A DNA stretch of 64,000 nt from a virus, in the IMG/VR virus record IMGVR_UViG_3300045789_000711, positions 16,933 through 80,932 of that record, one strand, 5' to 3'. Below are positions 47,904 to 57,630 of the stretch, piece after piece. A program made the position numbers and the translations under genes. The notes beneath the pieces are model-generated. The model ran no database searches. It saw only the letters and a program-made list of their open reading frames with translations, and was not told the origin of the DNA. Position 1 is the first letter of the stretch. Every line of letters starts with the position of its first letter.

Positions 47904-50900
47904 ATGATTAAAAGTATTAATGAAATTGTCCCGCCTAATCTCAGTACCAAATCGCTTATTGCCGACGTACAAGCCTTTGAGCCGTATGGTTCCAAAGCCT
48001 TAAACCGACAAATGCGCGGGATATTGAAAAAGGGTATTTACTCGGGATTTGATGTTAAACCAGCGACGGCCCTTAATGTTCGGGTTTCATCTACAGGTGT
48101 TGATTCTGCAGCGTCAGTCGAAGTAGGGACTAGTTGGCTTATTAATGTAAGGCAACAATTTGACATCGACGTCGCCGTTCCGGCAGGGCGTATATCCAGC
48201 ATTGTGATGACGGCATTCTATGATGGCGTCACGTTAACGGATCAGGTTGATGCAGATTCAGCCGTTAAAGCGGTATCAATCTCTGCTGTGAACGCGGGTT
48301 CTGAGCCTGCAAACAGCCTTATTTTGTGTCAAGTCAATGTGCCATCTAATGCGACATCACTCACTCAGGCGATGATTAGCTACGACAAACGTGATCGTGT
48401 GTCACTTGAGGGCTTTTTTAACAAGCTCGATGAAGATCATATAGCGCCTAAAGGCCAATGGCTTAGAACGATATTGAATCGCGGTATTAAGCCGTCGCTT
48501 GATAACGTTCGAGCTGCTGCAGTTGACACTATCGGCACCACGGATTCATGGTTTAAAGAAGTCTGGGCTTATAGCTATCGAGGCGGCTCAATCAACGTCG
48601 AGGGCGCTATCACGTCAGGCGGCACACCCGTTGTCCTAAAGGGCGACTTTGGCGTTGGTGGTACGTCAATACTGCTCGCAGATAACACCGATCTAAATGC
48701 GTTGCCTGCTGAGAATGGAGACTATCGAGGCATTAAGCTGCTTAACACGCCCGATGGTGCGACGGTGAGTAATCGCTGGTGGCACATAACCCATAAGGCG
48801 CATTCAACACAAAATTCAATCCAAATAGCATTCCAGTACCAAAGTGCTGGTGCCAGTAATGTACCAATGCATACTCGTACACGCTCTAATGGAGTTTGGA
48901 CGGCTTGGGAACAATCATATACCACTAGCTTTAAGCCAAATAAAACCGACGTTGGTCTGTCTGCTTTAGCTAACGAACGCCAGTATTCAGCGCAAAATAA
49001 CAATATCGGTGCTGCAGCGACTAACTATGCTGCAGGTAATCATGATCACGATACTGCTTATGCGGCTAAAAGCCATACTCACCCTTGGGCCGACGTTATC
49101 GGCGCACCCGTGTTTACGTCTCGATGGCCAACGTGGAGCGAGGTTTCCAGTAAGCCTGCAACCATGCCACCAAGCGCGCATACTCACCCATGGGCCGAAG
49201 TAACAGGCGCACCTATTTACACGACTCGCTGGCCTGCATGGGATGAAGTAACAGGCAAGCCTGCCACCATGGCACCAAGCTCGCATACTCACCCTTGGGC
49301 GCAAGTAACAGGCGCACCCATTTATACGACTCGTTGGCCTGCATGGGGTGAAGTGTCCGGTAAGCCTGATACTTATGAATTTGGGCGCACGTTAGCCGTC
49401 GGTGATGACTTAAATAATCTGCTCACTACAGGGTGGTACGATAATCAGGCCGATTCTAATGCTACGGTAGTGAAAAACTATCCAATAACACAAGCGGGTA
49501 AGCTTGAGGTTCACAGCCAAGGGGCAATGGTTTACCAGCGATACACTTCATACTCGACCTCAATTGTTCACTTAAGAACGCGATACAATGGAGTGTGGAA
49601 AACATGGGCCGAGCAATACAGCGTTAATAACAAACCGACTTATGCCGATGTTGGTGCTGCTGCAGCGTCGCATACTCACCCATGGTCACAAGTCACAGGC
49701 GCGCCTGTTTATACAACTCGCTGGCCTGCATGGGATGAAGTAACGGGTAAGCCGTCAACGATGGCCCCAAGCTCGCACACGCATGATTGGGCGCAGATTA
49801 CTGGCGAACCCATTTACACGACTCGCTGGCCTGCATGGGATGAAGTAACAGGTAAGCCGTCAACGATGGCCCCAAGCTCACACTCGCACCCATGGTCACA
49901 AGTAACAGGCGCACCAGTCTATACGACTCGCTGGCCTACCGTTGCCGAAGTCGGTGCTTTAGCTGCTGGTGGCACTGCGGTAAACGCGAATGCTATCGGG
50001 GGCGTTGAAGCTCAATATATCCCTAGAAATGATACCAATCGAGTGTCAAACCCAGAGGGTGCCTACTCTACAGGGACAGCGGCCACCGTTACGGGTGCAA
50101 TCAAGATCACTCTGCCTCAGTCGTGGACAAGTACAATGATGCGTATGCGTATCAAGATTTACTTGTACGGTGATGATCAGGCATTTGATATTATTGTTGG
50201 CGGCTATAACTACTCAACAAGCAGCGCTTGGGCTAACTGCTCTGCATTCGCTGGTGGCGATATGCCAAGCGCGCTTGATGGTCTGAAAATCCGCTTTGGC
50301 CACGATGGTTCTAAGTGCTGCATTTGGATTGGTGAGGTTAACTCAAGTTGGAGCTACCCACAGGTTTATGTAACTGATTTTGAATATGGATTTTCAGACA
50401 CTACAGCTTCACGCTGGAATAATGGTTGGAACGTTGGCTTTGTTACATCATTTACAACCAAAGTCGATATTACTAAAACTGTCCATAAGCCATATTCAAC
50501 CAACAATAAGCCGTCTCATTCTGATATTGGCGCTGCTGCAGCGTCGCACACTCACCCTTGGGCGCAAGTAACAGGCGCACCGATTTACACGACTCGCTGG
50601 CCAACGTGGAGCGAGGTATCGAACACGCCGACGACAATGCCGCCAAGCGCACATACTCACCCATGGGCTGAGGTGACAGGCGCACCGATTTACACGACTC
50701 GATGGCCAACGTGGAGCGAGGTTTCAAGTAAGCCGACGACAATGCCGCCAAGCGCACATACTCACCCATGGGCTGAGGTGACAGGCACACCCGTCTACAC
50801 AACTCGCTGGCCAACTTCGTCAGAGGTAGGGCTGGGTAACGTGCCTAATACGGTTCATTCATCCAGCTCAGCTATCAATACCGTTGCGGTGCGTGATGGT

Positions 50901-52481
50901 TCGGGTGATATTGCTGTTCGCTCAGTTCGCTCTGAATATGCTGATTCAACCACGATAACGGGGTCGATCGGGTTTAGGGTTAACAATTCAACCGATAATT
51001 ACATGCGTTTCTGTAATAGTCCGACTGCTGTTCGTGGCTGGCTTGGTGCTGCGGCTTCCTCTCATACTCACTCGTGGGCTGAGGTGACAGGCGCACCGAT
51101 TTACACGACTCGCTGGCCTACATGGGATGAAGTAACGGGTAAGCCTGCCACTATGGCCCCAAGCTCGCATACTCATGATTGGGCGCAAGTTACTGGCGCG
51201 CCTGTTTATACGACTCGCTGGCCAACGTGGACAGAGGTTTCAAGCAAACCGACAACGATGCCACCAAGCGCGCACACTCACGCGTGGGCCGAAGTGACAG
51301 GCGCGCCAGTCTATACGACTCGCTGGCCATCTTGGGGTGAGGTGTCAGGTAAGCCGTCTACGATGGCCCCAGATGCTCACACACATGGCGGCTGGGATGT
51401 TAGAACACTTGGCAGCTACCTTAACGTAACCAGTGACGGCAAGTTAGTTGCTAACAATACTGGGGTTCGCCGCGTTGGCATGTATGGTATTTACGATGCC
51501 GCAAAGATTGGCCATATCTGGTCAATGGGTGAGGCCTACGTTATTGACCAAGCAGGCGCTAACTTCGGCACCCTGTACGGCGCGGCTTATTATCACCCCA
51601 ATAACGGTAAGGGCGCTTATGCTGGGGGCCACCAATTCATTTGGGTTCAAAGTGGAGGGCCAACGGTTGCGCTAGGTGATAATATTTGGACTAGCGGTGC
51701 GGTGTTTGAATATGGCGCGGCGCTTAACACGCGTTACGCTGCAATCTCTCACACTCACCCATGGGCGCAAGTGACTGGCGTTCCCGTTTATACAACTCGC
51801 TGGCCTAACTCTTCTGAGGTTGGTCTGGGTAACGTACCTAACACGGTTCACACAACTGCACCAACGGCCAATACCGTTGCAGTGCGTGACAGTGCAGGCG
51901 ATATTACGACTCGTTTATTTAAATCTACCTATGGCGATCAAGCTGATATCTCGGGCGGCATGGCATTTAGATACAACACGACAGATAACTACATTCGTTT
52001 CTGTAACAATCCGGCAGCCATTAGAAGTTGGCTTGGCGCTGCTGCAGACTCGCACACGCACTCATGGGCGCAAGTTACTGGCGCGCCAGTTTATACAACT
52101 CGCTGGCCAACGTGGAGCGAGGTTTCAAGTAAACCGACGACAATGCCGCCAAGCGCTCATACTCACCCCACGAAAAAAGCGTATACAGCTTTATACACGA
52201 CGATACTTGCGAACGGCACGATTGTATTAACTCAATCATACCTAAACTTTGATGGCTTGCTATTTCTAATGGCTAACGATGGTGATACTTATAACTTTAC
52301 TCGTGATATGGATGTTTTCGAGCTAGAACTTATTTATAACCGTGGCAAAGAATTTCCGTTGGTAGGCGTAGATGGTTATCGTTGGTGGGCTACGATTAGC
52401 GCTGATAGACGCACGTTTTTACAAGGTTCGGAGAATACAAAGGTGATTGCCATTTATGGTTATACTTACACTACGGCTTAG
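47904..52481 (+). CDS. long modular tail fibre (S-like N-terminus)
   Basis: LIADVQAFEPYGSKALNR..GI..GIYSGF N-terminus; 14 HxHxW...T[TS]RWP repeats separated by knob domains. Confidence 0.92.
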   Translation: MIKSINEIVPPNLSTKSLIADVQAFEPYGSKALNRQMRGILKKGIYSGFDVKPATALNVRVSSTGVDSAASVEVGTSWLINVRQQFDIDVAVPAGRISSIVMTAFYDGVTLTDQVDADSAVKAVSISAVNAGSEPANSLILCQVNVPSNATSLTQAMISYDKRDRVSLEGFFNKLDEDHIAPKGQWLRTILNRGIKPSLDNVRAAAVDTIGTTDSWFKEVWAYSYRGGSINVEGAITSGGTPVVLKGDFGVGGTSILLADNTDLNALPAENGDYRGIKLLNTPDGATVSNRWWHITHKAHSTQNSIQIAFQYQSAGASNVPMHTRTRSNGVWTAWEQSYTTSFKPNKTDVGLSALANERQYSAQNNNIGAAATNYAAGNHDHDTAYAAKSHTHPWADVIGAPVFTSRWPTWSEVSSKPATMPPSAHTHPWAEVTGAPIYTTRWPAWDEVTGKPATMAPSSHTHPWAQVTGAPIYTTRWPAWGEVSGKPDTYEFGRTLAVGDDLNNLLTTGWYDNQADSNATVVKNYPITQAGKLEVHSQGAMVYQRYTSYSTSIVHLRTRYNGVWKTWAEQYSVNNKPTYADVGAAAASHTHPWSQVTGAPVYTTRWPAWDEVTGKPSTMAPSSHTHDWAQITGEPIYTTRWPAWDEVTGKPSTMAPSSHSHPWSQVTGAPVYTTRWPTVAEVGALAAGGTAVNANAIGGVEAQYIPRNDTNRVSNPEGAYSTGTAATVTGAIKITLPQSWTSTMMRMRIKIYLYGDDQAFDIIVGGYNYSTSSAWANCSAFAGGDMPSALDGLKIRFGHDGSKCCIWIGEVNSSWSYPQVYVTDFEYGFSDTTASRWNNGWNVGFVTSFTTKVDITKTVHKPYSTNNKPSHSDIGAAAASHTHPWAQVTGAPIYTTRWPTWSEVSNTPTTMPPSAHTHPWAEVTGAPIYTTRWPTWSEVSSKPTTMPPSAHTHPWAEVTGTPVYTTRWPTSSEVGLGNVPNTVHSSSSAINTVAVRDGSGDIAVRSVRSEYADSTTITGSIGFRVNNSTDNYMRFCNSPTAVRGWLGAAASSHTHSWAEVTGAPIYTTRWPTWDEVTGKPATMAPSSHTHDWAQVTGAPVYTTRWPTWTEVSSKPTTMPPSAHTHAWAEVTGAPVYTTRWPSWGEVSGKPSTMAPDAHTHGGWDVRTLGSYLNVTSDGKLVANNTGVRRVGMYGIYDAAKIGHIWSMGEAYVIDQAGANFGTLYGAAYYHPNNGKGAYAGGHQFIWVQSGGPTVALGDNIWTSGAVFEYGAALNTRYAAISHTHPWAQVTGVPVYTTRWPNSSEVGLGNVPNTVHTTAPTANTVAVRDSAGDITTRLFKSTYGDQADISGGMAFRYNTTDNYIRFCNNPAAIRSWLGAAADSHTHSWAQVTGAPVYTTRWPTWSEVSSKPTTMPPSAHTHPTKKAYTALYTTILANGTIVLTQSYLNFDGLLFLMANDGDTYNFTRDMDVFELELIYNRGKEFPLVGVDGYRWWATISADRRTFLQGSENTKVIAIYGYTYTTA

Positions 52482-52574
52482 TTAAATCCTAACAAATCGG
52501 CCTTAAGTTCTCTTTACCTAACTATCCCTCACTATCTCGAATTAAGATGTGAGGGATTTTTAGAGGAGTTAACA

Positions 52575-52880
52575 ATGTTTGAAACAGAAAAACTCCCTCT
52601 TGCTTTGGCTGTTCTTGCGCTATCCGTGCTGGCGGGTGTCGCGTCTTACTTACAAGGTAGGCGAGAAGATCGGTTTCCATCGGGAATATTGCAATTGGGG
52701 GGTGAAATAACGTCAGCGGTGGTAGCAGGGGTGAGTACGTTATTTCTAGGGGCATGGCTTGAATACCCCGAAGCGTTAACGTGTTTTACATCTTTAATAG
52801 CGGCGTCTAATGGCAAGGAGTACATGAGCCTTGCGAGTAAGGCGTTAACAGAAAAATTTAACTTAGGTACAAAAAAATGA
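52575..52880 (+). CDS. lydA: LydA-like holin
   Basis: 101 aa with 2-3 transmembrane segments; GAGGAG SD; heads the dar operon as in P1. Confidence 0.75.
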   Translation: MFETEKLPLALAVLALSVLAGVASYLQGRREDRFPSGILQLGGEITSAVVAGVSTLFLGAWLEYPEALTCFTSLIAASNGKEYMSLASKALTEKFNLGTKK

Positions 52881-53311
52881 CTTTAGATTTTAGCGGTATC
52901 CCAGCGTATTCGGTAATTGCATTAGTGATAGTAACTGCACTCATTGACCGATTTATTGCAGTACGGGGGCGATTGCAAGTCAACAAAGTTGAGCATTATC
53001 GCAATAATGGCGGGATGATCCGTTTCGCTCTTCATTATTCAATAGCTTCGTTGCCGTCATGGTCTGAGATCCGTTACTCGCTGGTGGATAAAAACAATCC
53101 AACAACGGTGATTAGCGGTAAGACTAGGGGGCTGGACTTTAGTAAGAAAGGGCTTAATGCTGAGTTTTTACTGTTCAAACAAGACATTGTTAACGAGGGT
53201 GAGTGGGAACTAAAGATTAAGGTGATCACAATGGCAGGTCGCTTAAATCCGCTTTATAGCCTGTTCCCTGTTCAAGTCTTTTTCACTCAAACAGTAGGGA
53301 TTGTTAAATAA
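52877..53311 (+). CDS. lydB: LydB-like antiholin
   Basis: N-terminal transmembrane segment, NPLYSLFP motif, synteny. Confidence 0.7.
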   Translation: MTLDFSGIPAYSVIALVIVTALIDRFIAVRGRLQVNKVEHYRNNGGMIRFALHYSIASLPSWSEIRYSLVDKNNPTTVISGKTRGLDFSKKGLNAEFLLFKQDIVNEGEWELKIKVITMAGRLNPLYSLFPVQVFFTQTVGIVK

Positions 53312-53937
53312 TGAATGACGAACGTTTTAGTCAGAATAAAAAGCGTTATTTCACCGTTGATTTTGACAACGCAACCGAGCGCGGCCTAAAGCCGTTGATC
53401 AAAGCGTTCGAGAAAGCAGGGGCCGTGATAGCCGAAACAGTGGCCGATAACACATCTAAACGCCAAGATGGCCAACTGCAAAAGAAAGCCCAGTTTATCT
53501 TTAACAATGGCCAGTCTATTGTGGTGCTTATTGCTGATACTGGCGACATTACTCAAACCAAACTTAACAGCACAATCGTTCCGGTTCGTGACCTAAGTTC
53601 GATTGATAACTATGCCCGTGAATTAGCTAACCTCATGAGCAACCAGCAAGCGCGCTTTGATAAGGCGTTAGCTCGCAAGGCTGCAGCGGTAATCAAAGAC
53701 ACGTCTAACGTTAAGCCTGCTACACGAAGCTTTAACGCTCGCATTGTTGAGGCTATGCAAGCAGTTGATTCGGCCACCAGCAACTTAGAAGCTGAAAGAA
53801 AGCGACTTGATCAAAACCGCAAAGCCAGCGCCACTAACACCAGTGAACTGGAAAAATTAAAGATGAAATTAAGCGCCCTCAAAAGTGAGGAAAACAGCTT
53901 AGTGGAAGCCATTTTAGCCAAAGGGGGGACTATCTAA
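53311..53937 (+). CDS. hdf: Hdf-like protein (DarA-N homologue)
   Basis: TVDFD...GLKPLIKAF, GDI.Q.KLN; synteny. Confidence 0.8.
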   Translation: MNDERFSQNKKRYFTVDFDNATERGLKPLIKAFEKAGAVIAETVADNTSKRQDGQLQKKAQFIFNNGQSIVVLIADTGDITQTKLNSTIVPVRDLSSIDNYARELANLMSNQQARFDKALARKAAAVIKDTSNVKPATRSFNARIVEAMQAVDSATSNLEAERKRLDQNRKASATNTSELEKLKMKLSALKSEENSLVEAILAKGGTI

Positions 53938-56900
53938 TGTTGCCAACTAGAATCATTATGAACGCGCTTGTGTATGGCTTAAGCAGCATGCAAGTAACAC
54001 AGGCCCAGTATGAAGAGTTAGCGACGGGTGACGATAACATGCTGTTCGAGTCATGTTCACGTCAAGAGCTTGAAGCTACCTATCTATACGACAAGCCTAT
54101 CGAGCGTGAGGCGATGTTTGAAGCTATCACGACAACCGCCAAGCGTGTAGAAAGGACAATGAACGCGTTTAATCGTGAGCTTAATCGTCAGTTATCCGGC
54201 ACCGAAATCACGTCGTCAGGCGCGGAAGTGTCCGAGCCTCGCGTAAGCGGTGGCTTTGCGACTATGACGGCTCGTTTCCCGTTGTCTGATGGTCAAAGCA
54301 TTGCCATTATCTTTCATTCGCCATCGGGCAAGGCGACATCAATTGTCGCTGATGATGTGCTAATTGCATTCCGCTTTCTGTTAAACAAGCGCGATGTAAC
54401 CGCCACAGTATCGCCTGCTGGTGGCCAAGATATCTCACTTAAGCAAGTGACGTTAAAGCTGTCTAACTTAGCGGAGCGCAATTCTGAAAAGTTCCAAAAA
54501 ACTCAGTCAGCCAATAACGCTAAGAAAGATAAACTTGCTGCACTGCAGACCGAAGCTGAAACAAAAGAAACAGAGCTTGGTCAGGTGATTGCTGATGCTG
54601 ATAAAGAAGAGCAAAGCCTAGCCAGTGTTGAAAATGAGTTAGGCACTTACCAAGGCGTTGTTAAGAAAGCAGAAGACCGCGTGGTAGCCCTACGTAAGAA
54701 GCTTGAAGCATTGAGCAAGGTTAAAGAAGATAAGCCAGTCAAAGCGACTAACGAGCCTGTTCGTGCTGCTATTGGTGACTTAGCGCCTGCCCGTGAAGCG
54801 AGCAACTTGATTAACTTGCTTAAAGCGTGGGCTGATGCAAAAGATCGTGGCGATGCCAATGCACAAGACGAAGCCGAGGCTGCAGTTCTTTATGCCCGTA
54901 AAACATGGGTTGACAAGAATTACAACGAACGCCAGTGGATCAACTTAATCAATCAAATTCGTCGCGGTGTTGAAGTGGTATTCACACCGGAAAATACGGT
55001 TAAACGCTTTAAAGAGACTGGCATTGATCCTAATGCAATTCCTCGTGAGCTAATCCCAGTATCACAGTCCGGCCTATCGCCATCGGATGAGGCCGAGCTT
55101 GGCGTGATGAAACAGTTTCTTGCTCAATCAATGGAAAAGTACGAGGGCATTCTATCGGGCGATCCGGCTTGGGCTGGTTATGAAGCTAAAGCGGTACCGT
55201 TATCAATCAGTAGCCGTGTTGAGCGGTTAGACAAGCAGGGCCGTGTCGCGCTAATGGATGCGTTTATTGAGCTTGTTGTGTTGGCCAGTGAGAATGCATC
55301 AAAGCCGTTGTTCACTCGCTCTCATTCTATTTGGAACCGAGCAGACCGCGTGAAAGTACCGGAAGATACTAGTAAGCCAGAATCACCCGCAAAGCCTAAG
55401 CAAGAAAAGGCAACTAATGAGACGCTAACGTTCGTGCATTACGCCAAGCGTTCAGGCTCGCTACAAGATGCGCCTGCAGGGGCGGTAGATTCACTGCCAA
55501 AGGCCCAAGTAATCTTTAACAATGAAATGGTCGCGTTATTGGCCAGCGTTGAACTGGTTAACTATGTTGGCGTGTTGACGTATACGCAAAAGCTTACTGA
55601 TTCAGATATTACTAAGTATGACTTAGTTGAATTGGACGTAAACAAAAAGGTCGCTACCAGTACGCTAGTGGGCGCTATCGATTTCAAGGTTGAAGTCAGT
55701 AATCGAGTTGGCCGTAACTTTGGCAAGACGTGGGATCAGCTTGGTTATATCGCACCGACTGAATTGCTTAGTATCATTGCTGATGATCCACGCTTTGATG
55801 CTGTTACCCGTAAGCTGCTAATTACCCGCGCGCAAACCTACGCCGTCGAAAACAAAATCAATGTTGATATTGCTGTTAATGGCAAAACAGATTTGTTCTG
55901 GTACGGCTTAAGAGCGCGTCCGTTCTCGTTTGGTGGTGCGCCTAATATGCGCCCTAGAGTAACGCTTACTCATGAAGAGGCAGCGGCTAAGTTCCCTGAT
56001 TTAGCTAATGACAATAACGCGCTGCGCCATGGTGCCATTGCTTATGCTTACAAACTGTCAGACAAAGACGTTTATGATTATGAGCTGGTGGACTTAAGCG
56101 AACGCCAAGCCCGTATTGATGGCAAATCGTTAAGTGAAGACGACTACGATATGGTGTTGGGTGAGCTGGTCTATGCTGCGATGGATGCCTACGGCGAGTC
56201 AGCAACTAAGATATCAAGAGCCACTTTCGATTCGCTTTCTCAGTCGTTGCTATTGGCTAAGGATCCCTTTGCTAAGTTTGCTAAAAACACCGACCTATTT
56301 AGAGATCGTAAAGATAACGTTGAGCGCTATCAAGCTTTGGTTACGTTCCGCAAAACAGCCAAGGTCGAAGACTTCTTAGAAGAGTTACGTCTATATGTTG
56401 TCGAAGACGGTGCTGATACAACGGCCCAAGCCAATGATGAGCTAATCGACATTAGCGAACTGTCCAAAGAAGATAAAGACCGCCTGCAAACGCTTAATGA
56501 TGCGGGTTACGTTATCCCTAACACCAAGGGCGAAATCACGGTTACATCAACAATCCCAATGGAAGCTTACGACTTTGATTTGACCAAGACCTTTACGGTT
56601 TCTGATTTAGAAGAGTACGCCGACGTTATTGATGATATCTATGCGGAATACACCAAAAGTGGCCGCTACACTAAATCGCGTTTACAGCTTGAGCCGTTGA
56701 TTGGTGTTGAGCGTAAAGGCTATGTCGATATTAACGGTGACAAGGTATCAATCAAATTTGGTATTGAGTTAGGCAAAAACTATAAAGCCTCTAAAGACAA
56801 ACCGTTTGAACACTACTTCATTGAAGTGATGTTGAATGGCTCGAAAATGAACCGTACCGCTAAAGTCTTCGCGTCAGGTGAAAACGATGAGTTTATGTTT

Positions 56901-57233
56901 GATGGTGGCATTTTAGATCCAACGCCAGCGAAAGGCTTTGAATCATTAATTTATGAGATTGAAGATTCATTCGTGTTAACGCTTGATGATGGTGAGGGTT
57001 CCGACGTGCAAGAGGGTGGTGACAACGTGAGTGATGAGCAGGGTAAATCTGATGTAATCGTTAAAGCGCTTGAGAATGCGTTAAACAACGAGACAGACAC
57101 AGAGGCGCTACTTGATTTACTTGAGAAGTCTATCGATGAGCTTGAAGCGTTGAACGCTTACGATGAGAACGAAGCGCTTATAGAGCGTGTTTCTGATCGT
57201 GTGACTGAGTTGCTTACGTTGGAGGGTGAATAA
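53937..57233 (+). CDS. darA: DarA-like internal head anti-restriction protein, extended
   Basis: FPLSDGQSIAIIFHSPSG, AFRFLLNKRDVT..V.P. Confidence 0.85.
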   Translation: MLPTRIIMNALVYGLSSMQVTQAQYEELATGDDNMLFESCSRQELEATYLYDKPIEREAMFEAITTTAKRVERTMNAFNRELNRQLSGTEITSSGAEVSEPRVSGGFATMTARFPLSDGQSIAIIFHSPSGKATSIVADDVLIAFRFLLNKRDVTATVSPAGGQDISLKQVTLKLSNLAERNSEKFQKTQSANNAKKDKLAALQTEAETKETELGQVIADADKEEQSLASVENELGTYQGVVKKAEDRVVALRKKLEALSKVKEDKPVKATNEPVRAAIGDLAPAREASNLINLLKAWADAKDRGDANAQDEAEAAVLYARKTWVDKNYNERQWINLINQIRRGVEVVFTPENTVKRFKETGIDPNAIPRELIPVSQSGLSPSDEAELGVMKQFLAQSMEKYEGILSGDPAWAGYEAKAVPLSISSRVERLDKQGRVALMDAFIELVVLASENASKPLFTRSHSIWNRADRVKVPEDTSKPESPAKPKQEKATNETLTFVHYAKRSGSLQDAPAGAVDSLPKAQVIFNNEMVALLASVELVNYVGVLTYTQKLTDSDITKYDLVELDVNKKVATSTLVGAIDFKVEVSNRVGRNFGKTWDQLGYIAPTELLSIIADDPRFDAVTRKLLITRAQTYAVENKINVDIAVNGKTDLFWYGLRARPFSFGGAPNMRPRVTLTHEEAAAKFPDLANDNNALRHGAIAYAYKLSDKDVYDYELVDLSERQARIDGKSLSEDDYDMVLGELVYAAMDAYGESATKISRATFDSLSQSLLLAKDPFAKFAKNTDLFRDRKDNVERYQALVTFRKTAKVEDFLEELRLYVVEDGADTTAQANDELIDISELSKEDKDRLQTLNDAGYVIPNTKGEITVTSTIPMEAYDFDLTKTFTVSDLEEYADVIDDIYAEYTKSGRYTKSRLQLEPLIGVERKGYVDINGDKVSIKFGIELGKNYKASKDKPFEHYFIEVMLNGSKMNRTAKVFASGENDEFMFDGGILDPTPAKGFESLIYEIEDSFVLTLDDGEGSDVQEGGDNVSDEQGKSDVIVKALENALNNETDTEALLDLLEKSIDELEALNAYDENEALIERVSDRVTELLTLEGE

Positions 57234-57577
57234 TGGCCAAGCTAAGTATTAAGGAAAAAATAGCCGTTCAACGCGACAACCTATCCATTAAGAAACAATT
57301 GCAGGCTGGTGGCCTTAAGGTCAAAGAAAAGCTAGCACTGCAGCGCCAGTGGAAAGAAAACCTAAAGCGGCTTGATGTTAAGCCCGTAAAGGAAACGCCA
57401 GATAACGGCGCGTTAAGCTTGATTGAACGCTTTGTTACTGGGGCGTTTAACAACTTAGGCCTAAGTCAGTTTGTCGCTGTGATAGATGACGTCAACGGCG
57501 AGGGCGCAACACTTGATCAAGTCAAGGTCGGCGCTAAAAGCTGGGCCGAAGCTAATCAGCAATTGATAGCTGCGTAA
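57233..57577 (+). CDS. ddrA: DdrA-like protein
   Basis: LSIKEKIA repeat, 114 aa, directly after darA. Confidence 0.65.
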   Translation: MAKLSIKEKIAVQRDNLSIKKQLQAGGLKVKEKLALQRQWKENLKRLDVKPVKETPDNGALSLIERFVTGAFNNLGLSQFVAVIDDVNGEGATLDQVKVGAKSWAEANQQLIAA

Positions 57578-57630
57578 CGTTAGTTAAATCTATGGGCTAG
57601 GTTCACTAGCCCTATTTATTTAGGTGTCAC

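Noticed and set aside
47904-52481. Diversity-generating retroelement or shufflon acting on the tail fibre
   Set aside because: No reverse transcriptase, no adenine-specific TR/VR pair, and no inverted silent cassettes or adjacent invertase in the window
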